From assembly GCA_020184695.1 (NCBI GenBank), contig JAANOX010000247.1:1-64000 (forward strand): a stretch of DNA of 64,000 nt. Reading direction: 5' to 3'. This stretch comes from Histomonas meleagridis 2922-C6/04-290x (Eukaryota > Protista > Parabasalia). The translations under genes and the position numbers were made by a program. Below the pieces are notes generated by a model. It was not told the origin of the DNA. It ran no database searches and saw nothing but the letters and a program-made list of their open reading frames with translations. Below, piece by piece: positions 32,665 to 43,648 of the stretch; the first letter of the stretch is position 1; each line of letters starts with the position of its first letter.

Positions 32665-33246
32665 ATGTCTAGCGATGGGAATGTAACTGTAAAAATTGCT
32701 CTTATTGGTAGTACAATGGTTGGGAAAACATCACTTATGGTTAAGTACTGCAAAGGTACATTTAGTGAAGATTATATTGCGACTCTTGGAGTTCAATTTC
32801 TTGAAAGAACAATTACAGTTAAAAATACACCAGTAAATATTGTAATTTGGGATATCGGTGGACAGAAAAACTTTATGGATATGTTAAATATTTGTTGTGA
32901 GGGCGCGCACGCCATGATTTTTATGTTTGACTTATCAAATATTAAATCACTCACAGCTTTAAGGGATTGGTATAAGGCGGCATATCAGTGCAATCAGACT
33001 GCACGAGTTTTTCTTGTGGGAAATAAATTTGATAAATATTTTGAATTGCCAGAACAAGAAAGGGTTTGTATAACAAACAAGGCTAAAAGGTTCGCATCAG
33101 CTATTGGTGCACCTTTAGTCTATTGCTCCAATACCCATTCAATCAATATCAAGAAATTATTCCAAATTGTTATAGGTTCTGTGTTTGGACTAAATCTCAA
33201 GGTTGAAAGAGTTGATGACCCAAGCAAGCCCGTTGTAATTTTCTAG
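32665..33246 (+). CDS. TEM1: Septum-promoting/mitotic-exit small GTPase (Spg1/Tem1)
   Basis: KIALIGSTMVGKTSLMVKY, TLGVQF, IWDIGGQ, FMFDLS, VGNKFD, LVYCSNTHSINIKKLF typical of Spg1/Tem1; first ATG at 32665. Confidence 0.9.
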   Translation: MSSDGNVTVKIALIGSTMVGKTSLMVKYCKGTFSEDYIATLGVQFLERTITVKNTPVNIVIWDIGGQKNFMDMLNICCEGAHAMIFMFDLSNIKSLTALRDWYKAAYQCNQTARVFLVGNKFDKYFELPEQERVCITNKAKRFASAIGAPLVYCSNTHSINIKKLFQIVIGSVFGLNLKVERVDDPSKPVVIF

Positions 33247-33788
33247 AATATAAAGACATTTTAATACATATTTTCAATCTTTTGATATCGAAAAAAATTA
33301 TTTCTGAGTGAACGTTATGATTTCTTTTTTTTTGTGTGGTTAACCTTAAAAGTGTCTTTTCAACCGTTTTTGGTGAAAAAATAATTTTTTTGACATTATT
33401 TATCAAAGGTTAAAAATTTAATCGAAAAAAACTCGACGTAGTTTTGTGGAGAATTTTTTATTATTCTCAATGAACTTGGTCTCAAGTAAATAAGCCCAAC
33501 CAATCTTAAGTTATTTTTTTTTTGCGAACCTAACCATAAATATTAGACATTTATGGTTAATCTCAAAGCCAGAGTTTTAGCGATCTCCTGGGCTCAAAAA
33601 AAATGATATTTATGTTTAATTTCGCATTTTTTGCATGGAAATCAATTGAAATATTTCTGAAAAAAACGGTTTCTACAACTCATTAATGAACAAATGAAGA
33701 CAGCATTCCTGAATCTATTAATGCAATTATAGATATATTAAGTAGTGGTGAATTATTATCTTATTCAAATTTTATTCTCAGTAAAATC

Positions 33789-35676
33789 ATGTATTCATCA
33801 ATTCTTTCACAAATGAAAGATTTTAACTTATATTTAAATTTTATGGTACAAATTGAAAACAAAGAAAAAGAAATTAAAATGAGTAATTATGACTTTGTTA
33901 ATACATTTAAAGATTTTCTTCTTAAGGTTGACTCTCAAGAATCACATTATTTTCTTGAAAAAATGTTTGATCAAAATTTTATTGATCTTTCGTCATTAAA
34001 AAAAGAAGAATCATTATATTTTTTACATCATAAAACATATAAAGAAATAGAAGAATTCAAGAAAAAGACCTTTAATATAAGTAACAGTTATTATATTTGT
34101 CCATTTGGAAATGAATTCTTTGAAAATTATGAAGAACTCTCAAAGAATGATTGGGAACTTCATAAGAAATATGTTAAAGAAGGAGTTAATCCAAATGAAA
34201 TTGCAAAAATCATTCGAAATGATGAAATAGAAAAACTTCAAGAAATATCATCACAAACAAATTTTAATTTTAATCAAATAATTAAACCATCACTTTATGA
34301 AAGATGCTCATTTATTAATCAAGAAAATGCTACATTAATTGATTATGCAGCATTTTTTTAAGCAATTAAATGTTTTAAATATTTACTTATGAATGGTGCA
34401 AAGGTAAAGAATACAGGTAAATATGCAATTGCAGGTGGAAATGAAGAAATAATTCATTTATGTGAACAAAATCATTCATCATTTAAAGGAGCATTTAAAG
34501 CTGCATTTGAATATCATAGAAATAATATTTTTAAATAGATTTATGAAAATGATATTGTTAAAATTAATGAATCCAAAAAACTTATTAACTATTTTTTAAC
34601 TAATAAATTCATGAATTTTAAAACGTTTAACTTTTTGCTTGAACAAAAAGTTATTAATATCAAAGCAAAAAATATCTATTTATTATATATAAAATTTAAT
34701 AAAATGATTTGGTGTTTTGAAATAATATTTGGAAATCAATTATATTATTTAAAATATCTATTGTGAAAGCATCTCAAAAAGGTCATTTTGAAATAGTTAA
34801 ATTACTTCTTGAACAAGAAGGAATAGATATTAATGCTAAAAATATTTATTTGTTTTATTTAAAATTTATTTTAATAAATTTATATTTCAAAATAATATTT
34901 GGAAGTTGTTTGGATTATTTTCCACAGCACTTCTAGAAGCAACGACCAAATGTCACACAGAAATAGTTAAATTACTTCTTGAACAAGAAGGAATTGATAT
35001 TAATACTGAAGATATTTATTTGTTTTATTTGATATTTATTTTAATAATTTTATATTTAAAAATAATATTTGGAAGTTGCTTGACTTATTTCGAACTGCGC
35101 TTATTTTGGCATCTTTAAATAGTTATATAGGAATCGTTAAAATACTTCTTACACAAGAAGGAATTGAAATTAATGCTAAAGATATTTATTTGTTTTATTT
35201 AATATTTCTTTTTATAATTTCATATTTTCAAATAATATTTGGAAATTATTTAAATTATTTTATACAGCACTTATGTGGGCATCTTGGAATGGTCATATAG
35301 AAATAGTTAAATTACTTCTTGAACAAAAAGAAATTGATATTAATGTTAAAAATATTTATTTGTTTTATTTGATATCAATTTTTCAAAACACTATTTGGAA
35401 ATTATTTAAAAAATTTGATACAGCACTTATTGAAGCATCTTATAAAGGTCATACAGAAATAGTTAAATTACTTCTTGAACAAGAAGGAATTGATATTAAT
35501 GTTGAAGATATTTATTTGTTTTATTTAAAATTTATTTTAATAATTTCAGATTTCAAAATAATATTTGGAAATCATTTTCATTATTTGATACAGCACTTAT
35601 AAAAGCATTTCGATATGACCACAAAGAAATAGTTAAAATACTTCTTGAACTAAAAGGAATTAATAGTAATGCATAA
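33789..35676 (+). pseudogene. DUF3447-type ankyrin repeat gene with in-frame stops and frame-shifting spacers
   Basis: LIDYAAFF*AIKCFKYLL, AIAGGNEEII, EYHRNNIFK* (stops at 34359 and about 34537), then ankyrin repeats TAL..A...GH.EIVKLLLEQEGIDIN. Confidence 0.85.
34671..35660 (+). repeat. Tandem array of 170-nt units (90-nt ankyrin core + 80-nt AT-rich spacer)
   Basis: Units start at 34671, 34841, 35011, 35181, 35351 and 35507; spacers measure 80, 80, 80, 80, 66 and 80 nt. Confidence 0.9.
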
Positions 35677-35781
35677 ACATATAATAAAAATGATAAAGTT
35701 GACCGTATATCGGAATCCAGTTTTTAACAAGCTAACTTCCTATTGTGATAAGATGGGGTGCCCTAAAATTTTGTTCCATCC

Positions 35782-36816
35782 ATGATTCGCACACATAAAT
35801 CAATTTCCCCAAAATTCCAAGAAGAATGTGTGCTAAAATGTTTTTTTCATCTTCGCCCATTAATACCTCAATACAATTATCATGACTATTGCTGTTTTTC
35901 ACCTGATGGTCAGATTTTTGCTATAATTTCAGATTCCGAAATGATTACTTTGTTCAATTGCAATGGCATTGAACTGACATCAATAACTAATAAGAAATAT
36001 AGATGTTCCAGGTTATTATTTCATCCAAATAAAAAAGCACTTTATCTAAATTCTAAAAACGAATCACAGCATGCTGCACGTATGCTTGATATCAACACAA
36101 AATCTTTTATTCGATATTTTGATGGAATCAATAGTCAAATTACATCAATGGTAACACTCCCGAATGGACTTATTACATCATCGGTTGATGGAATCATTCA
36201 GTTTTGGGATGATCAACAAAACAAACCAACATTTGAAATCAAATCAGATCCATATTCTAACATTGCTATTCATCCCAATGGCCGATGCATATGCATTGCT
36301 TCACCATTTAATCTATCATTCTATGATATTCGGAACTTACAAGATCCCATTTCTATGAACAAAATTTTTTGCTACAATGACGAATTAGTTCCATATTTTA
36401 GTCCATTAGGTAATAAGCTTATGCTTATAGGAGAAGGGTTTCTTCAACAATATATTCTCCATGATTCTAATATTAATATTCGATCAAATAATCCTGATGT
36501 GAACCTAAAAGTACAAAGTCAAAAGATTCCAGGGTTCGCTTATACGCAAGACGAAAACTTTTTCCTGATACCTAACCAAGATTCTGATATCCTGGTTTTG
36601 GATTCTAATTTCGATAGGCAATATAAAGACCAAAAAGCGATAACTCCAGTCGAGGCAAACTTAATAACTGTTTTGTCGGGTACGGTTGATGACCCTATTT
36701 CTTGTATTTCATTTTCATCGAAATTTCATAATTTCGTATCAACATCAAAAGAATGTTTACTATGGACAGTCGACACAGATTCGTATAGAATTTTTATGGA
36801 TCAGTACGAAAAATAA
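35782..36816 (+). CDS. WD40 protein, WDR82/Swd2-like
   Basis: CCFSPDG, ARMLDINTKSFIRYFDG...ITSM, SSVDGIIQFWD, FSPLGNKLML follow the Swd2 pattern. Confidence 0.7.
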   Translation: MIRTHKSISPKFQEECVLKCFFHLRPLIPQYNYHDYCCFSPDGQIFAIISDSEMITLFNCNGIELTSITNKKYRCSRLLFHPNKKALYLNSKNESQHAARMLDINTKSFIRYFDGINSQITSMVTLPNGLITSSVDGIIQFWDDQQNKPTFEIKSDPYSNIAIHPNGRCICIASPFNLSFYDIRNLQDPISMNKIFCYNDELVPYFSPLGNKLMLIGEGFLQQYILHDSNINIRSNNPDVNLKVQSQKIPGFAYTQDENFFLIPNQDSDILVLDSNFDRQYKDQKAITPVEANLITVLSGTVDDPISCISFSSKFHNFVSTSKECLLWTVDTDSYRIFMDQYEK

Positions 36817-37101
36817 GCAAATATATTGAGTGTTTTATTATATAACTTTAATTAAAGTAAAAATAGATATTTTTGAATTTTAAAGGATTTTTAGATACTG
36901 CTAATTGTTTTCGTGTGATGAACCATAAAGTTAGAAATTAAATTTTAAAGTTTTGATGAAGAAGCTAGCGACCGTTAATGATATGCACTTTTTAACGTTC
37001 GTCATAGTCTTTTAGTTTGGAATTATGGTTAAATTACAATACTTACAAAGAATCATTTTAGTGTAAAACAAAGGCTTGAATAAGTGTATAGAAATTGTAA
37101 A

Positions 37102-37740
37102 TTAGCTTGTTTGTTTCTTTTGAAGAAATGCTGTTTCTTTTGAAATCAACAATTTCCTTGGATCTATAGCTTTGTCTTTATCAAGCGCTTCAATTACATC
37201 AGAAACTGAAACCAATTTATGATATGAATGAATATCAGACATCAGTTCATTTATAAAAGGAGGATAATCTTGAATTGGTTCTCTTGCAGCAATCCTTTGG
37301 ACAAAGTCATGTGCTTCATCTGAAATTGGGTTGGTTTCAAATGTTTCTCCTCGTTTAGCATTTTGTTCCGCATTACGAACAATAAAATCTATAGATGGAA
37401 GTGATGAATACCCTATATCTCCTGATGAACACTGAGGGTTGCGTAACTTTGCAAGTTCGTTTGCATTTTGAAGAACATTAAACATTTTTGTAAAAGTTGC
37501 TTGAGCAATAATTGTTGCTATTTTAGGATCAACATTAATTTTCCCACAAATTGATGCAATGTATTGCTGTAAGTTAGCAATGTTTATTCCTGTAGATTTT
37601 GTTAATTGAGAGAGTGTATAATGAATTTTCTCAACTGAAGTTTTTTGTGTATCATCTGAATCAGTTGTAAAATCATCAGAAGAAAATGAAGAAATCCTAG
37701 GGGATTCTGGGTTGCTTGAATTGAGGAAATTTCTTTCCAT
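37102..37740 (-). CDS. TAF4-like histone-fold protein (tentative)
   Basis: LQQYIASIC...VDPKIATIIAQATFTKMFNVL..A..L..LR and a C-terminal VSVSDVIEALDKD resemble the TAF4 histone fold and conserved C-terminal domain; ATG at 37740. Confidence 0.5.
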   Translation of the reverse strand: MERNFLNSSNPESPRISSFSSDDFTTDSDDTQKTSVEKIHYTLSQLTKSTGINIANLQQYIASICGKINVDPKIATIIAQATFTKMFNVLQNANELAKLRNPQCSSGDIGYSSLPSIDFIVRNAEQNAKRGETFETNPISDEAHDFVQRIAAREPIQDYPPFINELMSDIHSYHKLVSVSDVIEALDKDKAIDPRKLLISKETAFLQKKQTS

Positions 37741-37782
37741 TAGAAAAAGTGACGGATTCCGTTTGTAATTTTTTCCAACAAG

Positions 37783-38664
37783 ATGAATGACATGAACGAT
37801 GTAATTTCTTCTCTTCAAAGTGCAATTAATTCTGTTAATTCAATTGCAACTGAACTACAGAACCAAATAAGCCAACAGGAAATGGATGATTTTATTTCTT
37901 TATGCCAAAGATTTGTTGATATGAGAACTCAATGCATGCTTCTTCAAAAACTAGAAGAAAATTCAATTCCTGATGAAATACCTCAAAATCAAATAAAGGA
38001 ACTTATAACAAAAAATGATCAGATAATTCAAGATATTCTTAAAATACAAAGATCAACAAAATCAATAAATCCCGAGGCATTACAATCATTAGTTAATGAA
38101 GGAAAACTTATTCTTCAAACGCTTCAGAATAAAGTACAAAATACTGAATCTTCAAAACTTGACGAATTAATGAAACTTGCACAAGAAGAACTTGGCCATC
38201 TCAATGACCTTAATAAAGCCAATGAATGGTATGAAGCAGCATATAATAAACTATCAAAATTTACAGGCATTGAAATTATTGATGAAAATACACTTCGACT
38301 TCTTGGCCAATATGACATTAGAATATATAACAACTCAATTCAAATTATTCCGGGCGATATATATATTGAAGATATTGATCCTTCACAATCCACAATCGGC
38401 GTTTGCATTAGCGAAATAATTGAACGAATTGCAGCTTTAAATGATTTTAAAGAAATAACACAGAAACTTGGATGGAATATGAGTATCATGAACGATGCTC
38501 CAATTGTTGAGTTGTCACCTCCATTAAATCCAAACAACAAAGCATTATTTGCATTGATTGGATATGAGACACATCCATTAATTGAATGGGGAAATGTTAA
38601 TGTAGAAGAATTTAATAATAGAAATCAAAGTTTATTAAACAAAATTCAAGCGTATGCTAAATAA
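37783..38664 (+). CDS. Hypothetical coiled-coil protein with globular C-terminus
   Basis: 293-aa ATG ORF; heptad-rich N-terminal two thirds. Confidence 0.75.
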   Translation: MNDMNDVISSLQSAINSVNSIATELQNQISQQEMDDFISLCQRFVDMRTQCMLLQKLEENSIPDEIPQNQIKELITKNDQIIQDILKIQRSTKSINPEALQSLVNEGKLILQTLQNKVQNTESSKLDELMKLAQEELGHLNDLNKANEWYEAAYNKLSKFTGIEIIDENTLRLLGQYDIRIYNNSIQIIPGDIYIEDIDPSQSTIGVCISEIIERIAALNDFKEITQKLGWNMSIMNDAPIVELSPPLNPNNKALFALIGYETHPLIEWGNVNVEEFNNRNQSLLNKIQAYAK

Positions 38665-38687
38665 TAAAAATGTCTTTAATTTTAATG

Positions 38688-39638
38688 TTATTGAATATTA
38701 CAAACAGCACTTTTAGGATTTGAATTATTTGATTTGTTATTATTATCTGGAGTTGAAGGAATTAACTTTGCTTTGACTTTTAAAAAAACAGGTCGATGAT
38801 CAGATACAAGTATATCCATGTTTGATTCATATCCAAGTATTTGAATAAATTTGTGACTTTTAGTATAAACTAGAATTCTATCTGTAAATGAAGGAACACG
38901 CATTTTCTTAGATGTATCATATGTAATCGAATTAGGATTAAATTTATAGGTTGGAGGAAAATGAATTTCTTCTTCATAAAACCCACTAAAAACATGCATC
39001 CCTCTTTTTTCACGAGTAAGTTGATCATATTCAAGCATTTCATAATATTTACCAGATGTTGCAAGTCTTTTAACTTCGGAATAATTAGAATCAATTCTAT
39101 AATTAAGATCTCCAAAAAAGAAAATATATTGATGCTTAATTAGTGGATTAGCTTTTTGTTGAAGCTGAACTGAATTCATAATGTTTGCAAAACATTGATT
39201 TCGATGTTCAATATTTGTTTCACCTGCTTCAAAATGTGCTGAAATAAACAAAAATGGAGTTGAATCAATAACAAGAGAACAACAACATCCTCCTTTATTA
39301 CCATATGACCCATCTCCACCAGTTGGAGCAGTATGATTCATTTCTACATGTACTCTTTCTTTTAAATCTGATGAAATAAAAATAATAAGTTTTGTTGCTA
39401 TTAATGTTATATCAGTAATCATTTCATGTGAAGATGAAAATTTGTGTTTTAAAACTGATGTTAATTTTTTTTGTTTTTTGATTCCTGCAACAGGAACAAA
39501 TGGTCCAACTTCTTGAAAACCAAATGCATAAACATCATATCCACTTGGTATAAAGTTTAAGTCATTAGCAGTTACTTTTGAGTTTGATATATTAAAGGTC
39601 ATTACGAATAAAGAAATCCATTTTCCTTCTTCTTCCAT
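38688..39638 (-). CDS. Inositol polyphosphate 5-phosphatase
   Basis: FGFQEV, GNKGG, FISAHF, FFGDLNYRI, FPPTYKF, PSFTDRIL, SDHRPV; C-terminal CaaX-like CNIQ. The track start at 39677 is TTG; the ATG is at 39638. Confidence 0.93.
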   Translation of the reverse strand: MEEEGKWISLFVMTFNISNSKVTANDLNFIPSGYDVYAFGFQEVGPFVPVAGIKKQKKLTSVLKHKFSSSHEMITDITLIATKLIIFISSDLKERVHVEMNHTAPTGGDGSYGNKGGCCCSLVIDSTPFLFISAHFEAGETNIEHRNQCFANIMNSVQLQQKANPLIKHQYIFFFGDLNYRIDSNYSEVKRLATSGKYYEMLEYDQLTREKRGMHVFSGFYEEEIHFPPTYKFNPNSITYDTSKKMRVPSFTDRILVYTKSHKFIQILGYESNMDILVSDHRPVFLKVKAKLIPSTPDNNNKSNNSNPKSAVCNIQ

Positions 39639-39677
39639 AATTTTATTAACGTAATTTTTTGGAGTACCCCGATCCAA

Positions 39678-42263
39678 ATGGGGAACGAAGAATCTTCAAC
39701 AACACCCACAGAATCTGAGATCACAACAACAGAAAATCCTGAAACTTCAGAACCAAAAGAAGATTTCAATTCTATTTTTGATAATCCAATTACACCAAAT
39801 TTTGAACAACAAATATCAAAATATTCTTATTCAGAATTTTTCGAAAATTCTATAGTATATATTTTCACTCATTATAATAACCCAGAAGGATCACATAGAT
39901 GTATGATTGAATTAGAATCACAAATGAAAAAATCTCAATCATTTTGGCTTCAATATTTACAAGACCCAAACCATATATCTGAAATGAGTGATGCTAAACA
40001 ACGAATATCACAAGCATTTTCATCAACAAATATTCATGATACAAATTTCTTTTTTAGAATTGGTAAAATATACGGATATTTAGTTATACCTCAATATCAA
40101 ATAGATGGTGGTGTTGAAGATTTTCAATTTCTTTATAGTTTATTTTCAAAAGTTCATCAATTACCAACTGATCCCGAAAATAATTTATCATTAAATCTTC
40201 AAAATTCCACATTAGGTATTATTACGTCACTTCTTGATGCCAAAATTCCATCCCAAATTGATCCACTTTTTGATGAGAAAGCATATTCGATAATTCAATA
40301 TCTTTTATTCATAATGAATCTATCCGGTAAAAACGAATCACTTTGTACCAAAATCATTGATCTTCTTTGGGTTTCCATAGAACTATTTCCTAAACAATTT
40401 AATGACCCAATTATTCGAAATGAATGTATAAATTTAACGATTCAATTTTTTTATTTTAATATTTCATTAGATAAAGCGTATCAAATCATTATACAACTTT
40501 TTATTGATTATTATGATGATATTAACATACCACAGATACAAAATATGTTCAATATAACTCTTCGACATTTTAGTAATCTTGAATTAATACAATATCCGAT
40601 TAATTTTTGGGAGGAAATATCAACAGTTGAACGAAGAATTCATCCAAAACTATGTAAAAATTTAATTCTTGGCTTAATTCCATTTATAATCGAGCCAATA
40701 ATATTGCCACATATTACAACTCTTTATAATGAAGTACCAAATGATGAAGAAAAAGGAGTTTTTTCATTTTTAATTCATTTTCTTTATGTTTTAGTATCAA
40801 CAGAACCTAAAGAAATGTATCAAAGTTTAGAGAAATATTATCTTCATCATATTAAAGATATCAAACCAGAAAATCAATTTAGTGCATTAGTTTCATTTTT
40901 ATCTTTTATTGATATCTCAAATGATATTATAATACCATTTTTTAATAAGCAAATTGCATTATTAAAAGAATTTGCATTTTCGACTGATATACATATTAAA
41001 TATATAACTATTTTAATATTTAAAAGAATATTAAAATATCATTCATTGATAATTTTAGATAATGATAAATTAGAAATATATTATCAAATAATTTATTCGA
41101 ATTTAGAATCTTCTGCTGAAATTGTTTCTATTTGTTTTAAGATACTTTCATTAATATTAACAAATAATATTAATAATTCATTAATATTTAATAAATTTGA
41201 TGAAATTTATTCGATGATAATTAAAGCAATAAATCGTAATTTTGATGAAATTAATGTAAATAAAAACATTTTTAATTCATTACATAACTTAATTCAATAT
41301 TCTCCCGAAAAATTTAATGAGAAAATAATTACAATTTCAAAACGAATATTCGGAATAATTGAAGCAAATTCACATTCAAAAGAATATTCAAGTTTACATT
41401 CTAATTTCATTTTATTAATTCCAACAATAATCAAAAGAATCGAAGATAATAATAATTTAATTGATTTTCCGCATATTTCAATTATATTAATTCATTATTT
41501 ACAAGTCGATACACAATTATATGACGAAATTTTTTCGACATTTTTAGTATTAATTCCAATTATTGGCGAAAAAACAAAACTAAATCAAGAGTTTATTAAT
41601 AATTGTATTAATCCTTTATATCAACAAATCGTTACACATCATAAAAATCATGATCCACATATAATTATAATTACATCGAAACTTATTTCATTATTATATA
41701 TATATTATCCGATTTTCATGAAACAATTTTTCGATGAAATTTTTGATATATTTTTAAATGATTTAAATAATAACGATGTTTTAGTAGAGTCTTATTCATA
41801 TATATTAACAGCAATGGCCGAAATGATTGATGCGATGGATAATGATATTGTTGAAAAACATAAAGAACAAATTATCACGATATTAATTGATCAAATGCAT
41901 AAACCTTTTGATTTAGTTAATGATGATGTTAATATAATATCGAATTTGTACGCAGCAATTTTAAATGTTTATGTTGAAATGTTCCAAAAAATTGGAGAAA
42001 AAGATTTCATTAAAAGTCATCAAAAGCCTTTGTTATTGTTCATGAAAAAAATAGGACATAATATGCATATAATAAACGATGATATGTTGTTGTATGCCGT
42101 TCTTCTTGTATATTATTTAATGGCTTATAATGGATCAAGAATTTACTTGGAATTAAATAATTCGTCGATTTCAAATATATTAAAAACTGCTTCAAATTCA
42201 AAAGATGAGTATATTTCTCATTCGGCTCATAAAATATTAAATATATTAATAAACTATCATTAA
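39678..42263 (+). CDS. HEAT/ARM-repeat protein, divergent importin-beta-like
   Basis: 861-aa helical I/L-rich ORF; motifs such as INFWEEI, SAL..FLSFI and ILTAMAEMI recall karyopherin-beta repeats; N-terminus MGNEES. Confidence 0.75.
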   Translation: MGNEESSTTPTESEITTTENPETSEPKEDFNSIFDNPITPNFEQQISKYSYSEFFENSIVYIFTHYNNPEGSHRCMIELESQMKKSQSFWLQYLQDPNHISEMSDAKQRISQAFSSTNIHDTNFFFRIGKIYGYLVIPQYQIDGGVEDFQFLYSLFSKVHQLPTDPENNLSLNLQNSTLGIITSLLDAKIPSQIDPLFDEKAYSIIQYLLFIMNLSGKNESLCTKIIDLLWVSIELFPKQFNDPIIRNECINLTIQFFYFNISLDKAYQIIIQLFIDYYDDINIPQIQNMFNITLRHFSNLELIQYPINFWEEISTVERRIHPKLCKNLILGLIPFIIEPIILPHITTLYNEVPNDEEKGVFSFLIHFLYVLVSTEPKEMYQSLEKYYLHHIKDIKPENQFSALVSFLSFIDISNDIIIPFFNKQIALLKEFAFSTDIHIKYITILIFKRILKYHSLIILDNDKLEIYYQIIYSNLESSAEIVSICFKILSLILTNNINNSLIFNKFDEIYSMIIKAINRNFDEINVNKNIFNSLHNLIQYSPEKFNEKIITISKRIFGIIEANSHSKEYSSLHSNFILLIPTIIKRIEDNNNLIDFPHISIILIHYLQVDTQLYDEIFSTFLVLIPIIGEKTKLNQEFINNCINPLYQQIVTHHKNHDPHIIIITSKLISLLYIYYPIFMKQFFDEIFDIFLNDLNNNDVLVESYSYILTAMAEMIDAMDNDIVEKHKEQIITILIDQMHKPFDLVNDDVNIISNLYAAILNVYVEMFQKIGEKDFIKSHQKPLLLFMKKIGHNMHIINDDMLLYAVLLVYYLMAYNGSRIYLELNNSSISNILKTASNSKDEYISHSAHKILNILINYH

Positions 42264-42454
42264 ATTTTTTTTTGGATTTTCATATAAACTTTGAGACTTT
42301 ATTTTGGAAGTAATTCAAATAGAAATATTTCTTAGATTTACTTCAACATTTTGAACTCATAGTTGGTCGTAATCCTTTTGAACATTTTTTCTTCACTAAT
42401 TCAAAAAAAAATTGAATAAAAAGTGACTCTTATCATAGGTCTTGATTCACCAAA

Positions 42455-43648
42455 ATGGAATCTTGGATCTCTCGTCCTCCTCGAACAAATAACATCAGGA
42501 CGAATCCAGGTTTACGTCATTATTCTCGGCTTTACACAAAACCAAAACCTTTTCTTGCACCAAAAGATCCAAATCCAGATGCTCAACTAAAATTTGTTTA
42601 TAATTATTATGAAATAAACAGCCAAGGGTCAATGCTCCTTGCAGACGCAAAAAATATTTTTTCAAGACAATTACCAAATATGGGGAATATTTACATTTCT
42701 CGACTTGTATTTGATGTGAAAGCATTCACAGTTATTATTTTACATGAAGGGCGGACTCATGGTGGAATTTGTGCACGGATTTTCGAAAAAGAAGGATTTA
42801 TAGAAATTGCTTTTTGTGCAGTTGATTTCGAGTTACAAGGCCGTGGGTATGGTAGAATCCTTATGAATTATTTAAAATCACAAATTCAATCAATTAATAT
42901 ATATGATATTATTACATGTGCAGATAATGAAGCCGTCACATATTTTCTCAAACAAGGTTTTAACAAACATGAAATTTTAATAAATCCCCAAAGGTGGGTT
43001 GGCTGTATCAAAGATTACGATGGGATCACACTCGTTCACTGCAAGCTCCGTCCTGACATAGTGTACCCCAAATTTTATGCCGCGCTTCGAAAGCAAACAG
43101 ACCTCGTTCAAAACAAAACCGGGGTGGTTTTCTCTCAAACTATGAAAAAGTTCATTCCACGGTTTCAACCGTTTCCCAATGCTCCGTCATTTGACAATGT
43201 CTCAATTCCAGAAATCCTTTCGACGTATGGAGTTAATAGTGGTGGGAAAACTAAGTTACTTCGGAAAAAATACATCGATAATTATGACTCAAGAATGAAA
43301 GACTTGAAAAAAAGAATTCTGAAAATTTTCAATACTTTATCGAACGATAGGAAATTTTCAGAAGTTTTTGAGGAGCCCGTTACAGAAGATATAGCGCCCG
43401 GTTACTTCACAAAAATTAAGAAGCCGATGGACTTTTTCACTATAAGAAAGCGGTTGATGAAATACCCTGATTTTTATAAAAGACCAGACATTTTTGCTAC
43501 AGATATTATCCTTATGTGCGACAACTGCAAGTTGTACAACGCTCCTGATACTTCTTATTATAAGTTGGCAAATGATCTCATGAAAAGATTTAGTCAACTT
43601 TATAATGAGGAGTTCCCCGAATGCCCATTGTTAATAAATAATGAATAA
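42455..43648 (+). CDS. GCN5: GCN5 histone acetyltransferase (GNAT + bromodomain)
   Basis: FSRQLPNMG..YISRLVFD, GGICAR, EIAFCAV, QGRGYGRILMNYLK, ADNEAVTYFLKQGF, IKDYDG; bromodomain F.EPV...APGYFTKIKKPMD...NCKLYN. Confidence 0.93.
   Translation: MESWISRPPRTNNIRTNPGLRHYSRLYTKPKPFLAPKDPNPDAQLKFVYNYYEINSQGSMLLADAKNIFSRQLPNMGNIYISRLVFDVKAFTVIILHEGRTHGGICARIFEKEGFIEIAFCAVDFELQGRGYGRILMNYLKSQIQSINIYDIITCADNEAVTYFLKQGFNKHEILINPQRWVGCIKDYDGITLVHCKLRPDIVYPKFYAALRKQTDLVQNKTGVVFSQTMKKFIPRFQPFPNAPSFDNVSIPEILSTYGVNSGGKTKLLRKKYIDNYDSRMKDLKKRILKIFNTLSNDRKFSEVFEEPVTEDIAPGYFTKIKKPMDFFTIRKRLMKYPDFYKRPDIFATDIILMCDNCKLYNAPDTSYYKLANDLMKRFSQLYNEEFPECPLLINNE

Noticed and set aside
34844-34925. U12-type AT-AC or canonical GT-AG intron reading of the ankyrin spacers
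   Set aside because: The AT...AC (82 or 84 nt) and GT...AG (54 nt) choices do not restore the frame, and the ATATCCTT, TCCTTAAC and ACTAAC signals are absent.
39675-39680. Zero-gap head-to-head ORFs in the track
   Set aside because: The minus-strand start at 39677 is TTG; the first ATG is at 39638, leaving 39 bp.
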